62,000 bases of DNA from Malacoraja senta. Lineage: Eukaryota. The stretch is from positions 496,001-558,000 of the forward strand of contig CM075995.1 in the NCBI GenBank assembly GCA_038087875.1, given 5' to 3'. Below, one piece after another: positions 50,231-62,000 of this stretch. A program made the translations under genes and the position numbers. The notes under the pieces were generated by a model. That model was not told the origin of the DNA. It ran no database searches and saw only the letters and a list, made by a program, of their open reading frames with translations. How positions within the stretch are numbered: position 1 is the first letter of the stretch; each line of letters starts with the position of its first letter.

Positions 50231-50449
50231 TTTAAGAAGGAACTGCAGACGCTGGAAAATCGAAGGCAGACAAAAGTCTGAAGAAGGGTTTTCGGCCCGA
50301 AATGTTGCCTATTTCCTTCGCTCCGTAGATGCTGCTGCACCCGCTGAGTTTCTCCAGCATTTTTGTCTACCACATGACCAAGAACTCCAAAGACACAAAA
50401 CGGACAAAGGACATTTATTGTCACATACACACCAATTGGTGCAGTGAAA

Positions 50450-51196
50450 TTCAAGTCAAGTGAGTGTATTGTCATGTGTCCCTGGTAGGACAATGAAATT
50501 CTTGCTTTGCTTGAGCACAACAGAACATAGTAGGCATTTACTACAAGGCATTCTATAAATATATACACAATGGTCAATATACTGATAAAGTGCAAATAAC
50601 AGTATTGGCTAGTAAAGTTCAGTGTTATGTCCGAGCCAGGTTTAATAGCCTGATGGCTGTGGGGAAGTAGCTGTTCCTGAACCTGGTCGTTGCAGTCTTC
50701 AGGCTCCTGTACCTTCTACCTGAAGGTAGTAGGGAGATGAGTGTGTGGCCAGGATGGTGTGGGTCCTTGATGATGCTGCCAGCCTTTTTGAGGCAGCGAC
50801 TGTGGTAGATCCCCTCGATGGAAGGGAGGTCAGAGCCGATGATGGACTGGGCAGTGTTTACTACTTTTTGTAGTATTTTCCTCTCCAGGGCGTTCAAGTT
50901 GCCGAACCAAGCCACGATGCAACCGGTCAGCATGCTCTCTACTGTGCACCTGTAGAAGTTAGAGAGAGTCCTCCTTGACAAACCGACTCTCCGTAATCTT
51001 CTCAGGAAGTAGAGGCGCTGATGTGCTTTCTTAATAATGGCATCATTGTTCTCGGACCAGGAAAGATCTTCAGAGATGTGCACGCCCAGGAATTTGAAGC
51101 TCTTGACCCTTTCAACCATCGACCCGTTGATATAAACGGGACTGTGGGTCCCCATCCTACTCCTTCCAAAGTCCACAATCAGTTCCTTGGTTTTGC
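50450..51196 (-). mobile_element. Rex1/Babar-like LINE 3' end
   Basis: Nearly identical to 16545-17285, with the same C-terminal ORF and 3' UTR. Confidence 0.9.
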
Positions 51197-51321
51197 GTTA
51201 CAGACACAGACACGCACAAAAAAAAAAGCTGGAGTAACTCAACGAGATCTGTGGAGAAAAGGGAATAGGTGACTTTTCGGATCGAGACCCTTCTTCGGAC
51301 TGAGAGCCAGGGGAAAGGGAA

Positions 51322-51880
51322 ACAATAGACAATAGGTGCAGGAGTAGGCCATTTGGCCCTTCGAGCCAGCACCGCCATTCAATGTGATCATGGCTGATCA
51401 TCCCCAATCAGTACCCCGTTCCTGCCTTCTCCCCATATCCCCTGACTCTGCTATTTTTAAGAGCCCTATCTAGCTCTCTCTTGAAAGCATCCAGAGAACC
51501 TACCTCCACCGCCCTCTGAGGCAGAGAATTCCTCAGACTCACCACTCTCTGTGAGATAAAGTGTTTCCTCGTCTCCATTCTAAATGGCTTACTCCTTATT
51601 CTTAAACTGTGGCCCCTGGTTCTGGACTCCCCCAACATCAGGAACATGTTTCCTGCCTCTAGCCCTTAACAATTTTATATGTTTCAATGAGATATCCTCT
51701 CATCCTTCTAAACTCCAGAGTGTACAAGCCCAGCTGCTCCATTCTCTCAGCATATGACAGTCCCGCCATCCGGGGAATTAACCTTGTAAACCTACGCTGC
51801 ACTCCCTCAATAGCAAGAATGTCCTCCCTCAAATTAGGGGTACAAAACTCCACACAGGTGTGGTCTCACTAGGGCTCTGT
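51322..51880 (-). mobile_element. CR1-clade LINE 3' fragment
   Basis: EGVQRRFTRLIP...SRTRGHSLRIR with the typical 3' UTR (GGCTCGAAGGGCCAAATGGCCTACTCCTGCACC). Confidence 0.85.
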
Positions 51881-53084
51881 AAACGAGAGATATAGACGGT
51901 GATATACTCTGAAGAAGGGTCAAAGAGAGGCAGTGTGGAAACAGGCCCTTCAGCCCAACTTGCCCACACCGGCCAACAATGTCCCAGCTACACCTGCCTG
52001 TGTTTGGTCCACATCCCTCCAATCTGGGTCCTATCTAGGTACCTGTGTAGGGGCTCAAACCGAAACGTCACCCATTCCTTCTCTCCAGAGACGCTGCCTG
52101 AGTTACTCCAGCACTTTGTGTCTATCTTCTATTGTTGATCAATTGTTCGGTATTCCAGCATTTTATGTCTATCTTCGGTCTACCTTCCTACACAAGACCA
52201 AGAACCACCGGCTAAGAGCATTCAGTGGTCACCATTCTCCCCATAACCCCTGTCACCCGTGGCCCAGCGGTAGAGTTGCTGTCGCTTGCAGGTTAATTGG
52301 CTTGGTATAAATATAAATTGTCCCTAGTGCATGTAGGATAGTGTTAATGTGTGGGGATCGCTGGCCGGCGCGGACTCGGTGGACTGAAGGGCCTGTTTCC
52401 ACGCTGTATCTGTATAAAATTAAACAAAGAGGTTGTCAATTTGTGCAGGAACGAACTGCAGATGCTGTTTTTTTTTTTTTTAAATATTTTAATTTTATTA
52501 GAAGTAAGTACAATTGTATACAATCATATTTTCATAATACCTTTTATGTACAGCTTCTTATTTAAAAAAAAAATTGTAATAAAGAAGAAAAAGAAAAAAG
52601 TTAGATAATGAAAAATAGAAAAATGTGAGATATATAGTGTGTGAAAAAGAAAAATAGAGTGAAAAAAGAAAGTTGAGACATAGAAAATAGAAGAAAAAGA
52701 GTAAAAGAAGAAAAGAAAATAGAAGTAAGGAGATCATTTATAATCTTGACCATCCCCAGTCACGGATTAGCTTTTACACCTGTGTTGCACGAAGATAGAC
52801 ACAAAAAGCTGGAGTAACTCAGTGGGACAAGCAGCATCTCTGGAGAGAAGGAATGGGTCTCAAGTGGGTCTCCTTCTCTCTAGAGATGCTGCCTGTCCCG
52901 CTGAGTTACTCCAGCTTTTTGTATCTATCTTAGGTTGTACATTTGGTGAAAAAGAAAAAGGTTAAAGAAGATGGAATCTAACAGGACCTTTGAGGAATCT
53001 CAAATTGTGAGAGGTAAACAGAAAGCATATATTTCCTCGGGCAGAACGATCAACAATTAGAAAATGGAGATTTAAGATAACTAA

Positions 53085-53314
53085 AGGGCCTGTCCCACTT
53101 GCCAATTTTTTTCGGTGACTGCCGGCGTCATATCAGGGTCGCCAAAAGATTTAGAATATTTCAAAATCCAACGGCGACAAACAAAATGTTGCGACACTTG
53201 AAAAAAACACCGTGCGTCGTACGTCATCACGGCGCTAATTTTTCGGTGACCTGATACGTTAGTCAATGATACCGGCAGTCGCCAAAAAAAAAATCACCAA
53301 GTGGGACAGGCCCT
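53085..53314. mobile_element. PIF/Harbinger-type MITE
   Basis: AGGGCCTGTCCCACTTG...CAAGTGGGACAGGCCCT; flanks TAA/TGA. Confidence 0.8.
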
Positions 53315-53594
53315 TGAGGCTTTGAGGAAAACATCCTCCACCAAAAGAATGAACTTCTTATGGAGTCCACACACACAAGATTAGAAGTTGTTCAGCCAGA
53401 GCTGAACACACTTCTCGGCATCTGCGTACAATGGTGTTTGTCTTGTCGCGTCTTGTGCTTCTTGTGCGTGGTGGTGGAAAGATTGGTGGAAACAGGGCCG
53501 CGACGTGAACGCTCTTTCCTTGACCCCAAAAGAATGATGAGGTTTGTGGAACAGCATCATTGTGGTAAAGCACTTTGGCCAACGAGACTTGACT

Positions 53595-53794
53595 NNNNNN
53601 NNNNNNNNNNNNNNNNNNNNNNNNNNNNNNNNNNNNNNNNNNNNNNNNNNNNNNNNNNNNNNNNNNNNNNNNNNNNNNNNNNNNNNNNNNNNNNNNNNNN
53701 NNNNNNNNNNNNNNNNNNNNNNNNNNNNNNNNNNNNNNNNNNNNNNNNNNNNNNNNNNNNNNNNNNNNNNNNNNNNNNNNNNNNNNNNNNNNNN
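53595..53794. other. Assembly gap (200 N)
   Basis: Run of exactly 200 N. A round length suggests a scaffolding join of unknown true size. Confidence 0.98.
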
Positions 53795-54320
53795 CATTTT
53801 ATCCCTACATTTTAATTCGGGAAATGAATTGTATGCTCCTTAATACAATTACAAAAATACAATAGAATTCCTAAATACCAAATATTACAAAACATATATA
53901 TATACAGGTAGTTCTGCCAAAATGTGATAGTTGCATTCTTTACAAACCTCATGGTATCGAAAAAAACAATTGCGCCAATGTCAACGGTTCAGGGGCTAGA
54001 GAGTTTCAGATATATACCAGTTACTTTTCCGCACAGGATTTTCAAGACTAAATGTTTTTTAATAGCTTCTACTTTATCGTTGTTAATGCAAGCTAAAAAT
54101 ATTATATAATGACACAAAGTGCTGGAGTAACTCAGCAGATCAGGCAACAACTATGGAATACATTGATAGGTGACATTTCGGGTCAGGACACTCCTTTAGC
54201 TTGACCCAAAACGTCACCTATTCATGTTCTCCAGATACTGCCTGCCTGACCTGCTGAGTTACTCCAGCACTTTGTCTTTTATTTTTGTAAACTGGTATAT
54301 GCAGTTCCTTATTTCTAATA

Positions 54321-54503
54321 CAGAAGCTCCCCGATTTACAATGCTTCGACTTGTGATATTTCGACTTTACGATCGGCAAATGTTCGGCAACGGCAAAGAG
54401 CCGCAGCTCACGCAATGTATTAAATGCGTTTTCAACTTGCAATATTTTCGGTTTACGATGGATTTATCGGAACGTAACCCCATCGTAGGTTAAGGAGCAG
54501 TTG
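54321..54503. mobile_element. Tc1/mariner (Tigger-like) MITE
   Basis: TA|CAGAAGCTCC...GGAGCAGTTG|TA with internal CGACTTTACGAT repeats. Confidence 0.7.
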
Positions 54504-54656
54504 TACTAAAGAGTGTATGTTGCTTTGAGTACCATTTCACGTTTTAATAGAAGCAATATCCAATTAACATTATGTAAACAGGTAGCAGAACTACCTGTAC
54601 ATCCAAAATAGACAATATCCTCGGTTCAAGATTGCAATCAATAATACTGTAAATAC

Positions 54657-54836
54657 CTTTAGGTCCAGTCTTGCTGCCTGGTTTCTCTGTTTGACAAGCT
54701 ACACATTTATTTACATTTGATGCGTTCTGAACAAAGCAAACTTCACAATCCCAGATCCCTGGTTGTTTCTTAAATCTGTCACCAAATCCTACAACTTCTC
54801 CTGCTGGAGCTGAAACAGGAACATTGGAAACAACAC
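54657..54836 (-). CDS. NUP153: NUP153 exon with RanBP2-type zinc finger 4 (180 bp, phase 1-1)
   Basis: ttttag|(G)VVSNVPVSAPAGEVVGFGDRFKKQPGIWDCEVCFVQNASNVNKCVACQTEKPGSKTGPK|gtattt. Confidence 0.93.
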
Positions 54837-54968
54837 CTAAAAGCAAAATTCATAAAATAAGGCAAAATAATTCACTAGTATCTTACTATTATCTTCACTA
54901 GTATCTTACGGAGTATAATTTAGGGAGGTAGAGGAAGAGAGGGAAACATAGTTTATAATTTACGAATT

Positions 54969-55747
54969 ATGCAGTTGACAATAAGCAAGTTCGGTATTCC
55001 GACTGCACATGCCCAGCTCAAAGGTCGCTATGCATAAACAGACCTGGAAAGCAGTGAAGGAGTGGACCTTCATTTTTTCTTTTTCCAGCTTTGATTCTTC
55101 TAGGTAAGAAAATATTGCTTTCAAACTATGAAATAGTTGTATTTATTGTTCCTTTGTTAAAAGCTAAGATTATTTTGTCGTTTTGATTGCTTCATTATGC
55201 GTTGGTGAGTGAGCGAGATCGTGCTTGTCCGTGGTCGGTGTCGGGCCTGGGTCCGTTGAGTTACTGTTGGGCCGTCCCCGTCCAGGGGCGGCCGGAGGTG
55301 TTGGGTTGGGCCGGGCCGGGCTTGCAGTCGGCGCGGTGGAAAGGCTGAATTGCTGCAGCACATTGGTGGCTGGTGCTCGGCTTTCGCTGACGGCCCCCGG
55401 CTGGCTGTGAGCCTGGGGCTGCTGGTGTCGTCGGTCACAGCCAGTGCGGAGAAGAAGCAGCAAATCCAGCCCAACCCCGCTCGCCGACGGGCCGGGGACC
55501 GCCAGCCAGCGATGGCGAAAGCCGAGCACCAGCCATTAACAGGGATACACACAAAGCGCTGCAGCTACTCAGCTTTTTCATAGTTTGAAAGCAATATTTT
55601 CTTACCTAGAAGAATTAAAGCGGGAAAAAACAGAAGAAATGAAGGTCCACTGCACTGCTTTCCAGGGCTGTTTATGCTTAGTGATCTTTGACCTGGGCAC
55701 GCGCAGTCGGAATACCGAACTCGTTTATTAATGATTCTGAACTGCAT
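54969..55747. mobile_element. Foldback element with about 165-bp inverted arms in NUP153 intron
   Basis: 54969-55133 is an imperfect reverse complement of 55576-55747; GC-rich core between. Confidence 0.75.
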
Positions 55748-57272
55748 TTAGTAGCTATCTAGAAATAAAAAGTCAATGTCCGTAAAAGTGACCATGTAAT
55801 GATCAGATTATCATAATCATGTCAAATGCTACATGAATATATTGCATATTAAAAACTAACGTTGAACAATAAAACGACCTATCATTTTCAGAAAGGCATT
55901 CAATCAGAATGAATCAGTAATAAATAAAATAAAGCGAATAAAAACATAGAATGAGCTTGCGCAAGTTTGTGTGAAAAGGAAGAGATTAGTGAGAGCAAAA
56001 ATGGAATTATGCGGTGCAAGGAAATAACAGATATTATGCAATTATTGTGCTTGCCTCCCCAGAGAAAGACAACAAAATTGTGGGGAAATCAAGGGACATT
56101 AATTTCTTAGATTGGTGAATATAAATGTCTAGATTGGTGAATATAAATTTAAAGGAGAAATGCACTTCCGCGGACAAGTGGCTTGAGCAACACTAGCAAG
56201 AGTATTAAATTAAGGATTGACCAGTGTTAGAGAGGATATGTCATTAAGAAGTGAGTGGGGGGGGTGGGGGGGGGGGGTAGGAGGAGAAAGAGATCATTAA
56301 TCATAGTCAGCAGTTTTAAGCAATTTCAAACTGTTACTAAAAGGCAAAAGAGTATTTTACACATCTATTTGAATTGTTTAAATTTCATTTTTGATAATCT
56401 GTTGCTGTATAATTGAATTTTCAGAAAACATTGAGGAAGGGGTTACGCAAGAGAAGACACTAAAGATTACGGTTCATGACTTTGTGGGTAGGAAGAAACA
56501 AAAAACAAGATTCTTGAAATAGGTAGCACTACAATCAGCATGAGAATGAAAGAGGAAGCTGGAAATCTTGGGTATTTCCAATTAGTACCAATAGCAAAGG
56601 TGTCATTCAGTATACCTTATTATTTTCTCTCCATCCTTCCCATGTGAAACTTAAAACTTGCCCATTTTCCAACTTCTCCTGGTTCTGACGAAAGGTTATT
56701 GATGATCAGAAATCTCAAATACAGTTTTGGACTTCCAGCTCTGGCAGTTTTTTGCTATGTATAATATGCTGTGTTGGTAAGGAACTGATAAGGAAACTGA
56801 ACCAGTCATTTTCAGGATGGTATGGGTATAACGTTGTGGGGATCAGCACTTTGGGCTGAAATATTTATAATTCAAATTTATGACCTGGATGTAATCAGTG
56901 CCAGTTTGTGATCACGCAAGAAGGTGGGAAGCAGAATAAAAATTGTGGGTATGTGAAATTAGCCACTTTGGATCAAAGAGGAATGATAAAGCAAACTATT
57001 TTTCTCAGCAAAGTTGATACTATTAAATATTGCTTTTCAAATGAATGTATTCTGTTTTTACAAACATTTTGCGCATTCACATGCAAATCCAGAGCAACTA
57101 GGAAGGCAAATGATTTCCTAACCTTTAAATGGAATTAAGTTGGTGTAAGGTAGAAAGTATACTGCAATTCTTTACATGGATTCATACACTTTAACCATAA
57201 GTACAATATACAGTTTCATCTCCGTTAGCAAACAAACTAAATTGCTAATAATATAAACAATAAAACACATAC

Positions 57273-57893
57273 CTGGTTTAGCAGACTGACAAGCCACACA
57301 CTTAACGACCTCAGGCTTGTTTTGCACAAAGCAAACGGCACAGTCCCAAGCTCCTTCGGGTTTCTTAAACTGATCCGCTAGTCCCAAAGCGGTACTGCTG
57401 GAAGTGTTGAACTCCATTCTTTTTGTTCTTTCAGTTACCGTAGGCAAACTCAGTGCAGGTTTTACTCCAGTGTCAGGTTTTGTCGTTTGACAGGCTGCAC
57501 ATTTTACAGCTTCCGAATTGTTTTGAACAAAGCAGACATCACAGGACCAGAAACCCACCGGAGGCTTGAACTTTTCCCCAAAACTCAATGGAGTCTCTAT
57601 AGAAGAAGCTTTGCTGCTGTTGGCTGACTCAACGTTAGTCTGTGTGGGATGCACAGATTTAGCAGTCTGACAAGCCGCGCATTGACTATCCATACTTTTG
57701 TTTTGTAAGAAACAGGAGCCACATTGCCACGAACCTTCAGCGGGTTTGAACTTATCTCCAAATCCAAATGTGCCGGAGCTCTCATTGGAGGCACTGTACT
57801 TTCCAGTAGCCGATGGCAAAGGTTTCACAGTAACTGGCTTACTGGTCAACGAGTTGACCGCACATCGAGTAGTAGGTGGAGGCAAAGTGAACT
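57273..57893 (-). CDS. NUP153: NUP153 exon with RanBP2-type zinc fingers 1-3 (621 bp, phase 1-1)
   Basis: Three W-x-C-x2-C-x3-N-x6-C-x2-C fingers (WQCGSC..CAAC, WSCDVC..CAAC, WDCAVC..CVAC). Bounded by ccaaag| and |gtatgt. Confidence 0.95.
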
Positions 57894-58359
57894 CTTTGGA
57901 AATGATTGAAACAAAAATGTTATTCATGATTTTGCCTACATGGGCAGGATAAACAGCTTCAACATTTTTGTCCCAATATCTACTTGTCCAAACATAATTT
58001 TACTTAGAAAATAAAGGCACAATTTTCCAAATGTAGTTCCGCTCACTCACACACAAACAGCCATACAGCTCCAAGTCGCGCACCCCCCCCCCCCCCCCCC
58101 CCGCGCAGTAAATGGGGTCAAGATGTTCAATAAACACAAGTATAAAAACCAACAGAGCCAATATTGGAATATTGCTGCTTGATGATAAAATAATATGCAT
58201 AAATGTCACTGTAATCAGCTTTATCCCTTTTACATTCACACCACATACATTGTGTAAATGCAGATCACGATGGTAGCTGAGCATCTCATTTGGACGTTAA
58301 TACCAGAAAAGACAAGTCACCTCACAAGCACCATATCTGGAACAAATAACTGCATCCAA

Positions 58360-59060
58360 AACAAACAGAAAATGCTGGGAGAACTCAGTAGGTCAAGGGA
58401 TAACAGCACAAAGATAGTTTTCTTCATCTTCACCTTCCGCCCCATCAGTCTTGACATTCAATAGATTGTTCTTCATAATTTCCGCAACCTTGAATGGGAT
58501 CCTACCACCAGACCTCTTCCCCTCGCCTCCCCATTCCAAAGGATTTATTCTTTTTGTGACTACTCTTCCATCTCGTCATTTCCTCTCAATGCATGTTCCC
58601 ATGCAATAGCATGTGATGCAATACCTGCCCTTTTACCCCTTCCCTTCCCACCATCCAGGGACCTAAACAATCCTGACAGTGGAAGCCGCAGTTGACTTAC
58701 ACTTCTTTTCATTTTATATTTTGCCTCTGCACAGGAAAAAGGAAATGCAGATTAACAAATCACTTTGCAGAACACTTCATTCAAGGGCTGCCCTGAGTTA
58801 TATTAATTCTCCATCTTGTTCTGACCCCAGTCTTCAGGCTCCTACTTTTTTCCAATGATGCCCAATTGTTTCCTTGACAAGTTTGTTCTGCACTCTATTA
58901 CACATGCCACTGTTTGCTCCATCGCACTGCAAATTAAATCACATTGTATTCACACTTTCACAGTTCTCATGAAGGGTCTTTAACTCAAAATGTAAACTTT
59001 CTCATCCCAACGACATTACTTGGTTTGGTGAGTGCATCCAGCATTTTCTGTTCTTGTTTT
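58360..59060 (+). mobile_element. Old degraded Penelope-like fragment in NUP153 intron
   Basis: Decayed coding remnants (TF.P.SL.IQ.I...F..L..DPTT..FP, EHF) ending in a degenerate terminal repeat. Confidence 0.55.
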
Positions 59061-59188
59061 GCAGCACTGTAGTTGATTTGTTAAGTGTTATTAAAGCTCA
59101 TATTTATTTAAGGCATAGCAACCCTGGATATTGATCAAGAACATCCAAAACTGGATCATTTTGATTAAAAAAAAATTAAAGTACATAC

Positions 59189-59317
59189 CAGGACCTTTTA
59201 AGATGTCCAGGACACTGCCTTGCTTCAGAGTTTTAGCAGGTTTAAATGGCCCATCACATTGTTCATCTTTCCCCTTGTTTGAAGGTGAAGGAACTGAAGG
59301 CGATGAGGTACGTTTTA
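59189..59317 (-). CDS. NUP153: NUP153 internal exon (129 bp, phase 1-1)
   Basis: cttcag|(V)KRTSSPSVPSPSNKGKDEQCDGPFKPAKTLKQGSVLDILKGP|gtatgt. Carries the diagnostic GPF.PA..LK.GSVLDILK.P motif. Confidence 0.92.
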
Positions 59318-59409
59318 CTGAAGGATTGCATGAAAGATTGTAATCACTTGATAGTGTCAGGCTTTAAGGTAACGTTTGATAAATGCATACAGAGTGAAAT
59401 TGCATCTAC

Positions 59410-59488
59410 CTGCATTAATGGAAGGTCTAGCAGATACAAAAATGAATGGAACTGATTTGTCAATCGGCTCACTGAAGGTAAATCCGGT
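59410..59488 (-). CDS. NUP153: NUP153 internal exon (79 bp, phase 0-1)
   Basis: Pyrimidine tract then caaag|TGFTFSEPIDKSVPFIFVSARPSINA|gtagat. GFTFS.P motif of NUP153; phase fits the next exon. Confidence 0.8.
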
Positions 59489-59690
59489 CTTTGATGGTGG
59501 CCAAGGGGATGGAAAGAGAAAGGGACAGACGTGTTAACTTTTACAAGTGCAGACAACATGAGGAGCTACCCACGCTGCCATTTTACATTAGTAATAATTT
59601 ATCCAAATTGCAGAAATAAATTTTGTTTTGAACAAATGGTATTCTCAATGATAGAAATCACAAAGATTACAGCTCAACAGAATTACTTAC

Positions 59691-59783
59691 AGACACTGAA
59701 ACAGGTTGCAGATTTGTTTCTGTAGCTTTTATATTCGGTGTAGAAAAGGTAAAGGCAACACTGTTTGGACTGGATACCACAGC
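59691..59783 (-). CDS. NUP153: NUP153 internal exon (93 bp, phase 0-0)
   Basis: tatag|AVVSSPNSVAFTFSTPNIKATETNLQPVSVS|gtaagt. Matches the F.FSSP..K.TE motif; frame-compatible with neighbours. Confidence 0.85.
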
Positions 59784-61224
59784 CTATATATGAGGAAAAA
59801 ATATATTCAAATACACATATACAAACAAATACATTTCAGAGCTGGTCTTTTCCACTGCTATCTTAATGCTTATACAAGACAGTTGATCAATTCCAGATTT
59901 GGCAACTGATCAATTCCAGGTATCCAGTAATTTTGATCACACAGAGGGTAAAACCCCTTCAAATTTACCCCATCAGAATGTGGAATATCATACACTCAGA
60001 GGACCTTCTTTTGAAACCGACGATTTTATAGTTGTCCCAGAAATCTGTAGGCGAAATACAGCCTAACCAAAGTCTTCCAAAGTCTTCTAAAGCTGCATCA
60101 TAATTCTTATATTCAATGCCCCGGCCAATGAAGGCAAGCATACCATATGCCTTCTTTATCATTCTATCTACTTGCCACTTTCAGAGAGTTATGGACTTGG
60201 ACCTCCAGATCCCACTGTACATCAATGTTGTTGCCATTAATTGTATATTTTCCCCCTTACATTTAACCTCCCAAATTGCAACACCTCACACTTTAAACTC
60301 CATTTGCTATTTTTGTGGCTGATCTACATCACGTTGTATACCTTGACAGTCTTCTTCACAGTCCATGACCACAGACTTTGGAAAAACAAAATATACTGTG
60401 GCCAACAGTTTGCTTCCATCTACAACTAGTTTCATCTCAAAATACTATCAGTTTTGATAAATGCCCCGTTCTCCTTCGGCCAAAAATTTAGTTTTAACTA
60501 CTCTCTCCTTTTCGAAATAGTGCGTGAAATAGTAGATGCAGATATGTAGAAGAATCAGAAAAACAATCCATTTGCTCCATTCATCAGGTTTTCTTTTTAG
60601 TTATTGTAGCATTGGCTATAGCATGTTAGCCAATTAGAATGCTAAGTCATTATAACCCCGCTTAATTGTAACTTTCATAGTGTAAGATCCTGCCCACTGC
60701 TTGCCAGTCGGAGTAGCAGTGTGAACGTATGATGTACTGTTTAGATGATGTAGACCTGAACAATAAAGATGCTTGTGCTTCAACCTGTGTGAGACTAAGG
60801 TATTTACATGAGCGAGTTTGAGCTCTTTACAGTTATCCAATGCTGCCACCCAAAACGCTTGTAACCCACTATTATTCTTCCGTTCGGCAACATTTTATCT
60901 AATATGAGCCTTCGTGGGCCATTCCCCCCCCCCACCCCACCCACAAATGTAGATTCAGAGAATTTAGAAATATTTCTTTAAATATTTTTACACTATTAGC
61001 ATACCTCGATCTAATGTCCATTTCTATCATACCAATTCATCTTATACGCAGTAGACTTTAAGTTCAAAACTCTAATTTCCAAATAAACTGGCGTTCCTCT
61101 TAAACGGCAAACAATATTCTACATGAACACTGCTTCTGGAGGGCTCCTTCCCACTACTTTACTAATTAAATCAATGCCAATATGCAAGATGGAATCTCTT
61201 CTGCAAAAATTGATAGATTTGATG

Positions 61225-61350
61225 TTTAAGAAGGAACTGCAGATGCTGGAAAATCGAAGGTAGACAAAAATGCTGGAGAAACTCGGCGGGTGAGGCCGCA
61301 TCTATGGAGCGAAGGAAGTTGGCAACGTTTCGGGTCGAATCCCTTCTTCA
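61225..61350 (-). mobile_element. Single-arm mini-Penelope element
   Basis: Begins at the CTGAAGAAGGG core. TSD GATAGATTTGATG (61212-61224, 61351-61363). Confidence 0.8.
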
Positions 61351-61593
61351 GATAGATTTGATGCTCTTTGATACAGGAATAATAAGGTAAGCAAGGTATT
61401 TCAAAATATTAATCACAAACAATTTATTTATAACATTACTAACATGAGAAATTCTCAAAGAAATTGCATCAAAATATTGCAGAAGAAATCCATGATAGTA
61501 ATTACTATAGATTGGATACGAGCTACAATCACCGCAAGACATTTTGTGGAAAAGCTGGCAACAAAAAGAGAGCAACAAGCAAGAGTGTTCTAC

Positions 61594-61731
61594 CTTGCTA
61601 GAAAGAGTTTTTGTTACTGCTGGTGTTATAGGTGAGGGTGCAGCAGACGGGGAGCCAAAGTTGAAAGTAGGCAATGCCGTAGCTTTAATTGGCAAAGATA
61701 CTTCAGGAAGTACAAAGGCTGGGGCCTGGAC
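61594..61731 (-). CDS. NUP153: NUP153 internal exon (138 bp, phase 0-0)
   Basis: ctgcag|VQAPAFVLPEVSLPIKATALPTFNFGSPSAAPSPITPAVTKTLSSK|gtagaa. Resembles the NUP153 VLPKISLPI..SLPTFNFSSP segment. Confidence 0.88.
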
Positions 61732-62000
61732 CTGCAGAGGGCACAATATTGCATTCATTATTTTAATACACTGTCATTTGACAATCTCCAGACATATTGC
61801 ATAACTCTTGTAAAGAGCAAGTTAAATTACATGTTAAATGCCATTTGTAAGTTATGCATGCAGAATCATAGAGTGATACAGTGCGGAAACAGGCCCTTCG
61901 GTTCAACTTGCCCACTCCGGCCAACAATGTCCCAGCTACACTAGTCCCACTTGAGTTAGATAGAGCTCTAGGGGCTAGTGGAGTCAAGGGATATGGGGAG

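Noticed and set aside
49841..50447. Plus-strand ORFs over the KIF13A promoter
   Set aside because: GC-rich open frames running into repeats, with no recognisable protein features.
53360..53843. ORFs crossing the N run
   Set aside because: Artefacts of translating through the assembly gap.
57273..57893. RANBP2/NUP358 as the zinc-finger gene
   Set aside because: Only four fingers over two exons, preceded by NUP153-specific PTFNF, FTFS and GSVLDILK exons, and next to KIF13A.
59990..60046. Exon-like stretch after cctacag on the minus strand within NUP153
   Set aside because: The flanking exons already join in phase and match NUP153. This stretch shows no recognisable similarity and has an ambiguous donor.

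Overview
Repeat-dense vertebrate genomic DNA, most likely from an elasmobranch (skate or ray), judged from HE1-like tRNA-derived SINEs, CR1 and Rex1/Babar LINEs and Penelope-like remnants. Two genes lie on the minus strand. KIF13A contributes its promoter and coding exons 1-2 (49737-49683, 49392-49296), and everything to the left (1-49295) appears to be its large intron 2. NUP153 contributes six consecutive internal exons (61731-54657), including four RanBP2-type zinc fingers. A 200-N assembly gap (53595-53794) separates them. The NUP153 FG-repeat 3' exons are not visible and the gene order is reversed relative to human, so either the scaffold is mis-ordered or the locus is rearranged. The rest is nested mobile DNA whose boundaries can often be fixed by target-site duplications (TSDs). 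It includes short Penelope-derived retroposons carrying a minimal hammerhead-ribozyme core (often as inverted pairs), PIF/Harbinger MITEs, hAT, Tc1/mariner and Sola-like non-autonomous elements, an RTE fragment, an L1 3' end with a higher-order minisatellite, and a GC-rich composite retroposon family, one copy of which holds a 42-bp VNTR. Nearly all ORFs in the supplied track are spurious or TE-derived. Family assignments are by eye, without database searches.
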